Shown here: in pieces, positions 22,413 to 32,160 of the stretch
Position numbering within the stretch: position 1 is the first letter of the stretch
Layout of the letters: each line of letters starts with the position of its first letter
Assembly (NCBI GenBank): GCA_963797095.1
Contig: CAWCNY010000003.1
Span: 576,001-640,000 of the forward strand
DNA: 64,000 nucleotides
Source of the DNA: an uncultured Chloroflexia bacterium
GTDB lineage: Bacteria; Chloroflexota; Chloroflexia; QHBQ01; JADMIH01
Reading direction: 5' to 3'
Program-made: the position numbers and the translations under genes
Notes under the pieces: model-generated
Seen by the model: the letters and a program-made list of their open reading frames with translations, nothing else
Told to the model about the DNA's origin: nothing
Database searches by the model: none

Positions 22413-25256
22413 CTATGGAGAAGGAAGAATTAGAGCATTACCAACGATCTTTGCCACTTGAGCCCGCGTGGCGTTATTGCCTGGCATAAAGTATGGAAGG
22501 TTATCTGGTGTCGTGCATGGTAGATCGGCCCCACAATCGTAACCAGACATTATATCTCTGTTTGCCAATCGTTGGACCCAAATGTAGAAAGTGCTTCCTG
22601 GTGGTACATCCGCGAATAATTGATTATTAGGAGAATCATTGAAACCAGAGGCATTGGACACTATCTTCGCTACCTGAGCGCGTGATGTCGGAGCGCCAGG
22701 GCGGAAATAGGGCATGTTGCTGGACAAGCAGGGCTCATCTGGAGAACCTCCGCAATCATAACCACCAACTATGCCTCTCCTGCTCAATCTGTTGATCCAC
22801 ACGAAGAAAGGACTATTGGCAGGTACATCTTGATAGATTTGCCCACCAGGGTCGTCATCGAATCCGGCGGAATTAGACACTATCTTCGCTACCTGACCAC
22901 GACTAACATTGTGGTTAGGATGGAATGTACCATCAGGATACCCATTTACGATATCGTGGCACGCCATATAAGTGACGTAGTTCCAAGCCCAGTGGTCACG
23001 CGGCACATCGATAAAGCTCTCGCTGCATAGACTGGGCCAGGGGGTATTAGTGGGATGCGCCCCGAATGTGGGCTGTGCAGGAGCCGTGGAGGTAGGAGTA
23101 GGGCTAGGAGCGACGCCCGTTGCAGTGGACGTCGGCGGCATTGGGTGTGTTGGGGTAGCCGGCACATGTGAGGTCGCTGTAGGCGGTACGGGAGATGTCG
23201 GAGTGGGTGTTCCACCGCCTCCTGCTCCGTGATAGTCGGGTATAGCATTCTTGTTGAAGTTCGTTATGTAGTAGCTAGGATCTATTTGTGTAAACTGCGT
23301 CCTACTGTCCTCTCTCACCGCATAAACGCCGATATAGGCTGGCATTTCCGCACCATCTATGCGGATGATACCCTCTGCATTGTCATCAATGCCGCTGAAG
23401 TTGACAGACATAGTAAGCGCCTGTAGCCCACCACCTTCAGCCGGAGATTGGAGCAAACCGAAACCAGGCGTTATAGAAAGCCACTCCCCACCAGATACCA
23501 CTGTCGCAGAGAAGGGAATTGTGCCTACTATGCCCTGGCTATAGACATAGGTAGTCAGAGTATGGACAATAGGATCGCCTGGCACATGCTCTACCCGGAA
23601 ATTTCCATTCGTCAGTGCCATCAGCGGGTGCGGAACAAACTGGGTCGGCTCCGTCAGCACATGAGGCTGGTTGAACACTACTTCTAATTCTACCTGAGCC
23701 AACCCATAGGATGCGCCCGGTGCATTTATCGTCAGAGTATTGGTGCCATTCACAAGCCATGTAGGGTTCAGCGACCATGCGTTAATCTGCTCGAAGTCGC
23801 CACCCTCGTAATTCGTAATACTCACCTGTTGGCTATGGCCGTTGAGAATTGCAGTAAACGATGATGGATCCTTACCATTCACCAGTAAGCGCACAGAACG
23901 AGCACTGGCGGCCTCCGAACCAAGTGCAAACGTAAAAGAGTTGGATGTACGATGATCATCCACAAAAGCCGAGCAGCCCACAATCACATTATGCCCATCA
24001 TCCGCGCTCCCATCGCAGCCAGGCTGTATGAAAGTCTTCATCAGCGGGCTGTACGTACCCTCAGGTCCATCAAACTGAAGAGTCTCCCAGTGGTTCAACT
24101 GCAAGATCATCGACGGCTGCCGCTCATAGTCGACCTTGCCCGCTCCATAGTTCTTCTGCCCAAGGATCACCCATCCCTTCTCGAAGGGCAGAGTAAAACC
24201 CGAAGCCTGAACTACTCTAACTCCGTTTATCCACATCTCAGCTGTGGTGCGGCTGATCTTCAGCACAACAGGTAAACGCACATTGGATGGCGATAAAACT
24301 CCCTCTGACGCTACAAATCTCTGTATTGAGCCATTGACGTTAACCGCTATAAAAGGCAGGTTGAAGCCGGGGGTATAGTTGGGCCGATCAGCATTCTCAT
24401 AAACACCGAATTCAACTGAATTGGGAAATTGGTCACCGGTTGAATCTCCAAAGCTTGAGGGAAGAGAAGGCTCATTTTGGGTGACGTGCACCGACCACCA
24501 CTTACCATGTGAAGTCATGACAGGAGGATCGTCCACTTCGAACTGGATAGTACCTGTGCGCCCTGTAAAGTCCAGTTGAGTGCGGGGTCGTATATCGACG
24601 CCGCTGACGTTACCGGCGCATACCATCTGTGTATGCCAGTGACCTTCCATCAGGAAAGCAGCGCGGTTTTCTGTCAGGTCTTCCTCAGGTCCACAACCTT
24701 CCGTACGAATATCGTAGTAGTTGTAGTCGAAATCGCCATGGTGAAGGCTGTTGAAATCATCATAAAAGGCTGCATTTCGCATGGGCGACTGCGGGTCTGT
24801 CGCGGCAGTAGCCGTGGCTACTGAAGTAAGCACTCCTGTTACGCCCATATCATATACCGTAACATTATAAGTTCGACCAGGTATGAGACCGTTCGCCTGT
24901 GCAACCCCCAGTGTGCGTCCGATTACCTTGGCCTGTTGAACAGTACCTTGATCTCGCACCACCATTAGCTGGTACTGTGCACTTGGGTCAGTCGTAGGGG
25001 TCCAGTTGACATGCAAAGTGGAATCCAGAGACACAACCTGTGCTACTTGAATATTGCTTTGAGCATACCCATTGGTAGGTGAAGCCTTCGTAAGTGAGGG
25101 CTGCACAAAACTAAGAACACCCGAAAGCAACAACAAGGGTACCACAAGTATTAATACGACTCGAAGCTCACGAGATCTGAACTTTGAATCAGAATGCTGC
25201 TTCAATGTTGGTAGCGCCTTCGAAGCGCCATCGTAGCGACTAATCACTTCCATCAT
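22413..25256 (-). CDS. Secreted SLH-domain protein (FN3-like, beta-sandwich core, Pro/Thr linker, 3 SLH)
   Basis: N-terminal hydrophobic signal, LHVNWTP...GLIPGRTYNVTV (FN3-like), FIDVPRDHWAW..IVNGYPDGTFHPNHNVSRGQVAKIV (SLH). Confidence 0.85.
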   Translation of the reverse strand: MMEVISRYDGASKALPTLKQHSDSKFRSRELRVVLILVVPLLLLSGVLSFVQPSLTKASPTNGYAQSNIQVAQVVSLDSTLHVNWTPTTDPSAQYQLMVVRDQGTVQQAKVIGRTLGVAQANGLIPGRTYNVTVYDMGVTGVLTSVATATAATDPQSPMRNAAFYDDFNSLHHGDFDYNYYDIRTEGCGPEEDLTENRAAFLMEGHWHTQMVCAGNVSGVDIRPRTQLDFTGRTGTIQFEVDDPPVMTSHGKWWSVHVTQNEPSLPSSFGDSTGDQFPNSVEFGVYENADRPNYTPGFNLPFIAVNVNGSIQRFVASEGVLSPSNVRLPVVLKISRTTAEMWINGVRVVQASGFTLPFEKGWVILGQKNYGAGKVDYERQPSMILQLNHWETLQFDGPEGTYSPLMKTFIQPGCDGSADDGHNVIVGCSAFVDDHRTSNSFTFALGSEAASARSVRLLVNGKDPSSFTAILNGHSQQVSITNYEGGDFEQINAWSLNPTWLVNGTNTLTINAPGASYGLAQVELEVVFNQPHVLTEPTQFVPHPLMALTNGNFRVEHVPGDPIVHTLTTYVYSQGIVGTIPFSATVVSGGEWLSITPGFGLLQSPAEGGGLQALTMSVNFSGIDDNAEGIIRIDGAEMPAYIGVYAVREDSRTQFTQIDPSYYITNFNKNAIPDYHGAGGGGTPTPTSPVPPTATSHVPATPTHPMPPTSTATGVAPSPTPTSTAPAQPTFGAHPTNTPWPSLCSESFIDVPRDHWAWNYVTYMACHDIVNGYPDGTFHPNHNVSRGQVAKIVSNSAGFDDDPGGQIYQDVPANSPFFVWINRLSRRGIVGGYDCGGSPDEPCLSSNMPYFRPGAPTSRAQVAKIVSNASGFNDSPNNQLFADVPPGSTFYIWVQRLANRDIMSGYDCGADLPCTTPDNLPYFMPGNNATRAQVAKIVGNALILPSP

Positions 25257-25277
25257 TATCTCCTAATTAATGCATAA

Positions 25278-25912
25278 TCAAGCAGTCTTTTGTTCAATAT
25301 GATCAAGATGTTCACAACCAAAGTAACCACAAACTCGCCCAGCCACTTCGTGGGCAGCCAGGGTGCGGGTCGGTTCGACTATCGCTCGCTTTCCATGGAC
25401 CCATCTCGGCTCTATCGGGTTGAGCCAGGGACTCTTGGACGGCAGCCAGCAGGGAATTATCTGCACACCTCTCTCTCCTCCACCTCCTCGCCGCCCTGCC
25501 AGCACCCCACGGTTGTGCTCCCCCAGCCATTCCCTCACTTCTCTGCTTACATGCCAACTCGCGTTATCCCATACCATCACCAACACCCGCTTCCCTTCAG
25601 CACTCAATACCTCGCACACCCACTCCAGATAAGTGATGGTAACAGAGCTTACTGGACGCCCATCAACGAAGCGCAGCATGACTTTATGCGTGTCGTCTCG
25701 CAAAAGGCCATAGCAACACAACGCCTTGGGGTCTTTGTCTTGCTTGCTCAGGCTCTTCTCCACCAACCGCAATGGCGCCTTCTCCTCACTCCAACTGTGC
25801 ATCGCCGGTTGGGAGAGACGGCTCCACCATACCTCATCCTGAAAGCCCACCACCCAACCCTCCTGCGCACGCTCAATTGCTCTCTCAATCAGGGTGTCGC
25901 GTCGTATTTTTT
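25278..25912 (-). CDS. IS630 transposase C-terminal DDE part (reached by -1 frameshift)
   Basis: FQDEVWWSR, WDNASWH, LPSKSPWLNPIEPRW; the frame is open upstream to the slippery A run. Confidence 0.88.
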
Positions 25913-26437
25913 CCTGACATACTCCGGATCAGGGGAGGTAATCCAATTCTTGGCTCGCCGCCAGCCCACTCCCAGCCGCCGCAGGGCCATTCGCACCGTC
26001 TCATCGCTCACCAATCGTTCAGTCAATCCGCTCTGCAAGCAGACGTCTGCGGCAATCTCCAATGTCCACACTGAGGTCTCCTTGCCAAAATCACGCGGAC
26101 TTGTGTGCAACAGCGCCTTCAACTCTTCGCACTTATGCTCATCAAAGATAGGGTGTGTCTGAATGGGACCCATTGGCTTTGGTCGTAGGCAAGCTTCTCC
26201 CTGGGCATGGTATGCTCTTATGGTGTTACGCACTGTTTGCACAGCACACCCCAGGTTGTGGGCAATGAGTGATGGCCGTTCTCCTCGGGAGGAGGCGAGC
26301 AGTATCTGGCTACGCCGTAAGGTAAAAGCATCTGAACAACGTAGTCCCCTCTCCAGGGCTGCTCGTTCTTCGTCGGTTAGTTCCCCAACAAACATAGGTG
26401 GTCTTCTCATACCCACCATTATCTCATATTCATTCAT
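25889..26437 (-). CDS. IS630 transposase N-terminal HTH part
   Basis: RRSQILLAS, QTVRNTI, WTLEIAA, SDETVRMAL, WITSPDPEYVRKK; -1 shift at AGGAAAAAATAC. Confidence 0.88.
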   Translation of the reverse strand: MNEYEIMVGMRRPPMFVGELTDEERAALERGLRCSDAFTLRRSQILLASSRGERPSLIAHNLGCAVQTVRNTIRAYHAQGEACLRPKPMGPIQTHPIFDEHKCEELKALLHTSPRDFGKETSVWTLEIAADVCLQSGLTERLVSDETVRMALRRLGVGWRRAKNWITSPDPEYVRKKYDATP

Positions 26438-26890
26438 GCTTTGTACAATATACTTCTTGGAATGGCATTAACCACTACCTTACAACCATACCACTTTGCA
26501 ATCATTCGACAGATAGTAGATCGAGGCCGAACGCGGACAAGAAGCCATTCATGCTCTTGCTTTCGTACTTCCCTTGTACGACTACGGCGTGTTAGCTGTC
26601 TTCAGATATTCTCGTGCGTCTGCTTCAGTGGGGGAACGAAAACAGGAAGTATGACCATTTTGGCTGGGGCCTGCTAATATGGGGGGAGAAGTCAATGGGC
26701 CCGATGAGGTCGTGGCGGAAATTTCCCGCAAAGTACCTGCAGCGCAATCGCCCTTATTCTACACTTGTTGATCAACCCGGACAATAGGATATAGGGCCCA
26801 CCTGTCAGTAGGAGATAGGGTGTAGCGATCAGTAGGAGTACCAGATCTAGGCGTGGATCAATGGGTCGCTTTGGTCGCAAAGATGGGGTC

Positions 26891-27021
26891 TACGTGCCAA
26901 AGCGTATGCAAAATACGCATCGAAGCGTAGGTAAGATACGCAGGAAATCGTATAGGCCCCACGCATTACAGCGTATACTCTATACGCGTCAAAACGTAAA
27001 CCGATTACGCGAGTATACGTA
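26891..27021. promoter_or_regulatory. Array of six 16-bp palindromic boxes TACG-N8-CGTA at an exact 23-bp period
   Basis: Boxes start at 26891, 26914, 26937, 26960, 26983 and 27006. Intergenic between divergent SLH genes. Confidence 0.75.
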
Positions 27022-27154
27022 TTTTTCTGAGATTTTACGCGTAACCGGAGTTGCATGCCAGGTCCTGCGCTCATTTGGCGGGCTTAACTTCTAGTACAAT
27101 CGGACGGGTACCAAGGACTGCTTAAGTCCAGGACCAATAGACTAGGCATAACTA

Positions 27155-27184
27155 TTGATCAGCCTTTAGCCGGGTTCCTATAAT
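27155..27184 (+). promoter_or_regulatory. Putative sigma70 promoter for the 27481 gene
   Basis: TTGATC-N18-TATAAT. Confidence 0.5.
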
Positions 27185-27480
27185 GGGGCGACAGATAGAA
27201 GTGCTATTCAGTTACAGGACTAAGTGTCTGAGAAGTGCTAAGCCGACTTGTACTTGATCAATTTAGCTCCCAGTTACAGTTTCACGCTTATTTGCCATCT
27301 CATTGCCTGAGAAGCTCACATCTCAGGCTGCATTTTCGTCCCACCTGCAAGTTCAAGCTCAACGTTCATCTGGGAGCAAATACAGCGGCGCGCCGAGCCG
27401 CTAGAAAACGGTGCGCCCATCTCGCACCATGAACCAACGCTCCGAGAGGCGAAAAAGGGGAGCATAGGAGAGGTTACAAC

Positions 27481-30400
27481 ATGTTTGATCATATTCATCC
27501 ATTTCCAACGCCAGTAAGGAAGACAAGCCTGCTGACCATCGGGTTGCTAGGTGCTACACTTTTGCTCACCACTGTTAGGTCAGGAACCATCAGTGCCAAT
27601 GCAGGCATTGAAGGTAGTACATCCTCTAAACTAGTGGTACCTGACGTGCTACCTCCCATACCGACGGGTATGCCTGGTGACTTCAACTTCGGCCTATTCA
27701 ATGCCTCGATTAACACGGTTCCCGCTTCTATCCCCTGGGATTTCAGATACCAGTACCTCTCAGGAGGTGTAAATACCGGAGACGGTTGGGCTACCTGGAA
27801 CGCAAACGGCGGTTATGCCACCAACTATATCAATGATGCCCAAAGCAGAGGCATGATCCCCGCCTTCCAGTATTACCAGATACTTCAGTCTGAGCCCTAC
27901 TACGACGAATACCAGAATATGCAGAACGCCGGCACTATGTACGACTACTTCACCGACTGGGCGCTGCTCATGACTAAGTGCGAACAGGCAGGAGGCACTG
28001 TCGTGGTCATGCTGGAAGCGGACCTAACGGGCGTCATGCAACAACTATCTACAGGTGATGACGCTAGCACGGTATCTGCTTCGGTGGCCTCCTCCGGGTA
28101 CCCCCAGGCCTCAGGTTATCCCAACAACTTCAAAGGTATGTACCAGGCGATGTTGCACATAAGGGATATTACCGCTCCAAGTGTGCTCGTTGCCCTGGAT
28201 GTAAGCGCCTGGGGTGCTGGTGACGACGTAGTATTGGCTCTACGCGACGATCCAAGCTACAACTGGCAGGCGCACGCAGATCACACGGCAGCCTTCCTCA
28301 ATAGTATAGGTCCAGGTTTTGACCTGCTCTCCTGGAACCCTGCCGATCGAGACGCAGCGTGGTATCAAAACACGCAGGGAAGCAATCGCTGGTGGGATAC
28401 CAACAACATAACACAACCCACCTTCAATACTATGGGAGCTTGGATTGGAAGGATAGTCCAGGAAACAAACAAGAGAGTAATCCTATGGCAGGTGCCCAAT
28501 GGCAATCGAGTGTACCGAAGCGAGAACAATACCGATGGGCACTGGCAGGACAACCGTACAGAGTACTTCCTAAATCCCACCAATGGCAGGCAACATATAC
28601 AGGATTGGGCCAACCTGGGTGTTCTCGGTATATGGTGGGGCGCAGGTGTTGGTTCGCAAAGTCATTACTTCGACTATAAAGGAGATGGGATCACTAACCC
28701 ACCACCGATCAACGGCAACAACGAAACGGCTCTTTATGCCGACGATGATGGCGGATATATCCGCGTAAACAGCGACGCCTACTACTCTGGCGGCACAATT
28801 CCACTACCTGGAGGTAGCGGAGCCACTGCGACCAGTACATCCACAAGTTCAGCGCCTACAGCCACACGTACGCCTACAGGCCCTGTACCCACAGCTACCC
28901 AAACAGCCACAGGTACCTTGCCAACGGCCACGCGTACCAGGACACCTACCAGGACAGCTACCAATGCAGCGCCAACGGCTACACACACTAATACTGTGGT
29001 ACCAGCTACGCCTCCGCCATCAGGCCCATTGCCCTGGCTAAAAACACAAGGTGGACGTATAGTCCGCGCCGACACCAACCAACCGGTCGAACTACGGGGC
29101 GTAAACTTGCTCCGCAATGAATGGGCATATCCAAGCATGGACTTCGAGAGGGAAGCCATTCCGCAGCTTGCTTATGTATGGCATGCCAACTTCATCCTCC
29201 ATGATTTCGCCTCTAATCCTGTGGTAGATGGTGACTCCACATATCTGGCCGTCCTTGACGAATACCAGAGGTTGGCCGAGCAGAACGGAATGTACATCAT
29301 ATTCTGCTATTACTACCCAACTATCAATGGCGACCAGCCTCCCAACCCGGATGTTGATCCACACTCTCAGCAGGCTTTAGTGGACCTCGTGCAACGCTAT
29401 AAGGATAAGTCAAACGTGATGTTCATGTTGCAGGCAGAACCTCATAGCGACACCTGGAACGGCACTTACTACCATGTGACCTGGAATACCTTGCGTCCAA
29501 CCTATGACAATATGATCACGGCGATGCGTGCTGTAGACAATCCATCACCGGAGAAACACCTTATTCTGGCCTCGGGCGATGGATACGGCAGAGATATCAG
29601 CCCGGTCGTGGTAGATGAGTATGGCGTAGGCTATGTGGACCCAATAACAGCGGACGGCGGTCAAAACATTGTCTATTCGTCGCACCCCTACGACCCACCC
29701 TCAGAGTGGAGTTACTTCCTGCCGGTGGCGGATGCAGGCTATCCCGTCCTGGTGACCGAGTTCGGCACCGGCGGGCAAATGAGCCAATCAGACACCGAAA
29801 CCCTCATGAATACTCTCAACAGCGGCAACCGCCACATAGGATGGACCGCCTGGATATTTGACAGCGAGGGGTGCCCATGCCTACTCACCGGCGACAGGAC
29901 CGACTTCATACCGAGCGATCCTTATGGCGTCTCAGTAAGGGACCGCATCATTTCTGAGGCTACCCGCTTCGGTGGAGGTGGAGGTGGTGGCGGCTCACCT
30001 ACCATTACCCCTACCAATACTCCGACCCGCACCAATACACCCACAGGCACATGGTTCGCTCCCACCAGCACCAGAACACCAACCGGTACATGGGTGCCTC
30101 CTACCAACACCCCCACAACTTGTACGATCTCGTTTACCGATGTGCACACTACTGACTACTTCTACAACCCGGTGCAGTATCTCTTCTGCAACAATATTGT
30201 CTCCGGCTACGCGGATAACACGTTCAGGCCTTACAACACCACCAGCCGCGCTCAGTTGACCAAAATGATAGCTCTGGCCGAAGACTGGGGGCTGTCCAAT
30301 CCTTCAAACAACACCTTCAAGGATGTCCAGCAAGGCTCGACCTTTTACCGGTATGTTGAGACAGCAGCCCAACACTCGCTGATCTCAGGCTACTCATGCG

Positions 30401-30732
30401 GCGGGTCAGGCGAGCCGTGCGATGGGCAGAGCCGGCCTTATTTCAGGCCCAACAACGACGTTAGCAGAGCGCAAGTAGCAAAGATCATCGTACTCGCCGA
30501 AAACTGGTTGATGCTCAACCCTGTTGACAATACCTTTATGGACATCGTTCCAAACTCAACTTACTACCGGTATGTTGAGACAGCAGCCCAACACTCGCTG
30601 ATCTCGGGCTACCCATGCGGCGGGTCGGGCGAGCCGTGCGACGGGCAAAACCGGCCTTACTTCAGGCCCAACAACTCGGCAACACGCGGCCAGGTCGCCA
30701 AAATGGTCTACTGGGCAATCACTGGCCCCTGA
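27481..30732 (+). CDS. Secreted multidomain glycoside hydrolase: uncharacterised GH-like domain, GH5-like domain, 3 SLH
   Basis: Signal peptide; RYQYLSGGVNTG..W..WN; Thr/Pro linker; LRGVN..LQAEPH..YSSHPY..VLVTEFG..GWTAW; SLH FTDVH..VSGYADNTFRP..SRAQLTKM. Confidence 0.85.
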   Translation: MFDHIHPFPTPVRKTSLLTIGLLGATLLLTTVRSGTISANAGIEGSTSSKLVVPDVLPPIPTGMPGDFNFGLFNASINTVPASIPWDFRYQYLSGGVNTGDGWATWNANGGYATNYINDAQSRGMIPAFQYYQILQSEPYYDEYQNMQNAGTMYDYFTDWALLMTKCEQAGGTVVVMLEADLTGVMQQLSTGDDASTVSASVASSGYPQASGYPNNFKGMYQAMLHIRDITAPSVLVALDVSAWGAGDDVVLALRDDPSYNWQAHADHTAAFLNSIGPGFDLLSWNPADRDAAWYQNTQGSNRWWDTNNITQPTFNTMGAWIGRIVQETNKRVILWQVPNGNRVYRSENNTDGHWQDNRTEYFLNPTNGRQHIQDWANLGVLGIWWGAGVGSQSHYFDYKGDGITNPPPINGNNETALYADDDGGYIRVNSDAYYSGGTIPLPGGSGATATSTSTSSAPTATRTPTGPVPTATQTATGTLPTATRTRTPTRTATNAAPTATHTNTVVPATPPPSGPLPWLKTQGGRIVRADTNQPVELRGVNLLRNEWAYPSMDFEREAIPQLAYVWHANFILHDFASNPVVDGDSTYLAVLDEYQRLAEQNGMYIIFCYYYPTINGDQPPNPDVDPHSQQALVDLVQRYKDKSNVMFMLQAEPHSDTWNGTYYHVTWNTLRPTYDNMITAMRAVDNPSPEKHLILASGDGYGRDISPVVVDEYGVGYVDPITADGGQNIVYSSHPYDPPSEWSYFLPVADAGYPVLVTEFGTGGQMSQSDTETLMNTLNSGNRHIGWTAWIFDSEGCPCLLTGDRTDFIPSDPYGVSVRDRIISEATRFGGGGGGGGSPTITPTNTPTRTNTPTGTWFAPTSTRTPTGTWVPPTNTPTTCTISFTDVHTTDYFYNPVQYLFCNNIVSGYADNTFRPYNTTSRAQLTKMIALAEDWGLSNPSNNTFKDVQQGSTFYRYVETAAQHSLISGYSCGGSGEPCDGQSRPYFRPNNDVSRAQVAKIIVLAENWLMLNPVDNTFMDIVPNSTYYRYVETAAQHSLISGYPCGGSGEPCDGQNRPYFRPNNSATRGQVAKMVYWAITGP

Positions 30733-30773
30733 TCGCCTCAACGACACTTTCTTGAATTATTCAGATGAATAGC

Positions 30774-30808
30774 AAGTGGGGTGGCCACATGCCACCCCAC
30801 TTCTCTTT
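30774..30808 (+). terminator. Rho-independent terminator
   Basis: AAGTGGGGTGGC-CACAT-GCCACCCCACTT followed by a T-rich tail. Confidence 0.75.
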
Positions 30809-30856
30809 CGTCTTATTTCTTACTGAATTGTAACAAGGAACCTTGCACCGGCCATC

Positions 30857-31587
30857 TTATGGCCCAAAAGTCCGCCACCTGGCTACGCTACGCGAATGCT
30901 CTTCCCCTCTTGAGTTGAACCGGTATCCCAGGCCCCAGACAGTACTGATCAAAGTCGGATTGGACGAGTCGCTTTCTATCTTGCGCCGCAACCTCGGATG
31001 TAAACATCAACCTGCCCGTTCTCTCTTCCCTCGATGTCGCCCCACGCATGGGCGATCAATACCTCGCGCGTCAGGATCTTATTAGCGTTACGCATCAGGC
31101 AATAAAGAAGTTGGCTTTCGGTAGGGGTAAGGTCGGTCTTCTTACCATCGGGCAGTGTAACTGCATGCCTCATAGGGTCAAGCTGCACGCCTCCCACATT
31201 GAGCAAACGCCCTTCCGAGGTGGGCTGTGCTTGCGAGCGGCGGGCAAGGGCCTTGACGCGAGCGATCAGCTCCGAAGGCTCGCAAGGCTTCGGCATATAG
31301 TCGTCCGCTCCATCGAGCAGCCCACGCACCCTATCTTCCGTGGCTCCTCGCGCCGACAGCATTATGATCGGCACGCAATTCGTTTCCCGTATCTGACGGC
31401 AAATCTCAAATCCCTGCATGTCGGGGAGCATGACGTCCAAAATCACCATGTCCATCCACTGTTGTTTGAGGTATCTGAGCGCCTCAGCACCAGTAGAGGC
31501 CGTGACCACTTCATAGCCCTCATCCTTGAGCAAGAAGTCGAGCATTTTGACATGAGTCGGATCGTCATCTATGACGAGTATTTTCAT
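30857..31587 (-). pseudogene. OmpR-family response regulator, frameshifted near 30995
   Basis: Receiver ILVIDDD..ILDVMLP..ADDYMPKP and wHTH DLTPTE..VDVYIR. The expected RLRRKIE...TVWGLGYRF continues in another frame to a stop at 30857. Confidence 0.85.
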
Positions 31588-32160
31588 CTTATGATCCCTC
31601 TCACTTTACTCTCCCTATTTTCTTTGATTCGTTTCGGTCTATTTTTCTCTAAGTCGCAACTTGATATCAATATAGGTAGATAGCGTACTATTATCGCCGA
31701 TAGCAGAAACCGGATCGGGGTCTACCAACTCCACATAAGGTATGAGTACACACCCCCACGATAGAGCCGCAGACGCTGAAATTGTAACACATATCTCTTA
31801 ACGAGAAATTAACAGAATGTAAGCAAGGCGCGATGTCAAAAAATGAACAGACCAGCCTGCCTGGAATGTGTATCCCGCTCTGGTGGAACAGAAGGTCACC
31901 GCGATCCCCATCCCAATGATCGTGCCGGAATAGATCTCAAATCCGTCAGTACTGTAAGCATTGGCCGTGTCCTGGCCCTACACCTTTCAGCGCGCATTAA
32001 ACTGCTGTCGCTATACTATAGTTTACAGCCTCCTGGGGAGCAAATAACCACGCCCTCAACGAAGCAGTTGTTTTGCGTTGCTTAAGCAGGTTGGATTCAC
32101 TCCTGATCGAGATACTGCGCAATCCAGCATCCTGAACACTACACATAAGAAGTATATAAC

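Larger units (their letters stand above)
25270..26468 (-). mobile_element. IS630-family element with duplicated TA target
   Basis: Ends TA|ATGC...GCAT|TA (TA at 25268-69 and 26469-70); two transposase ORFs joined by an A6 run. Confidence 0.85.

Noticed and set aside
25290-26162. 290-aa + strand ORF within IS630
   Set aside because: Antisense shadow of the transposase.
26891-27021. Periodic array as a CRISPR or iteron array
   Set aside because: The period is only 23 bp with short conserved half-sites, units are palindromic rather than identical direct repeats, and there are no cas or rep genes.
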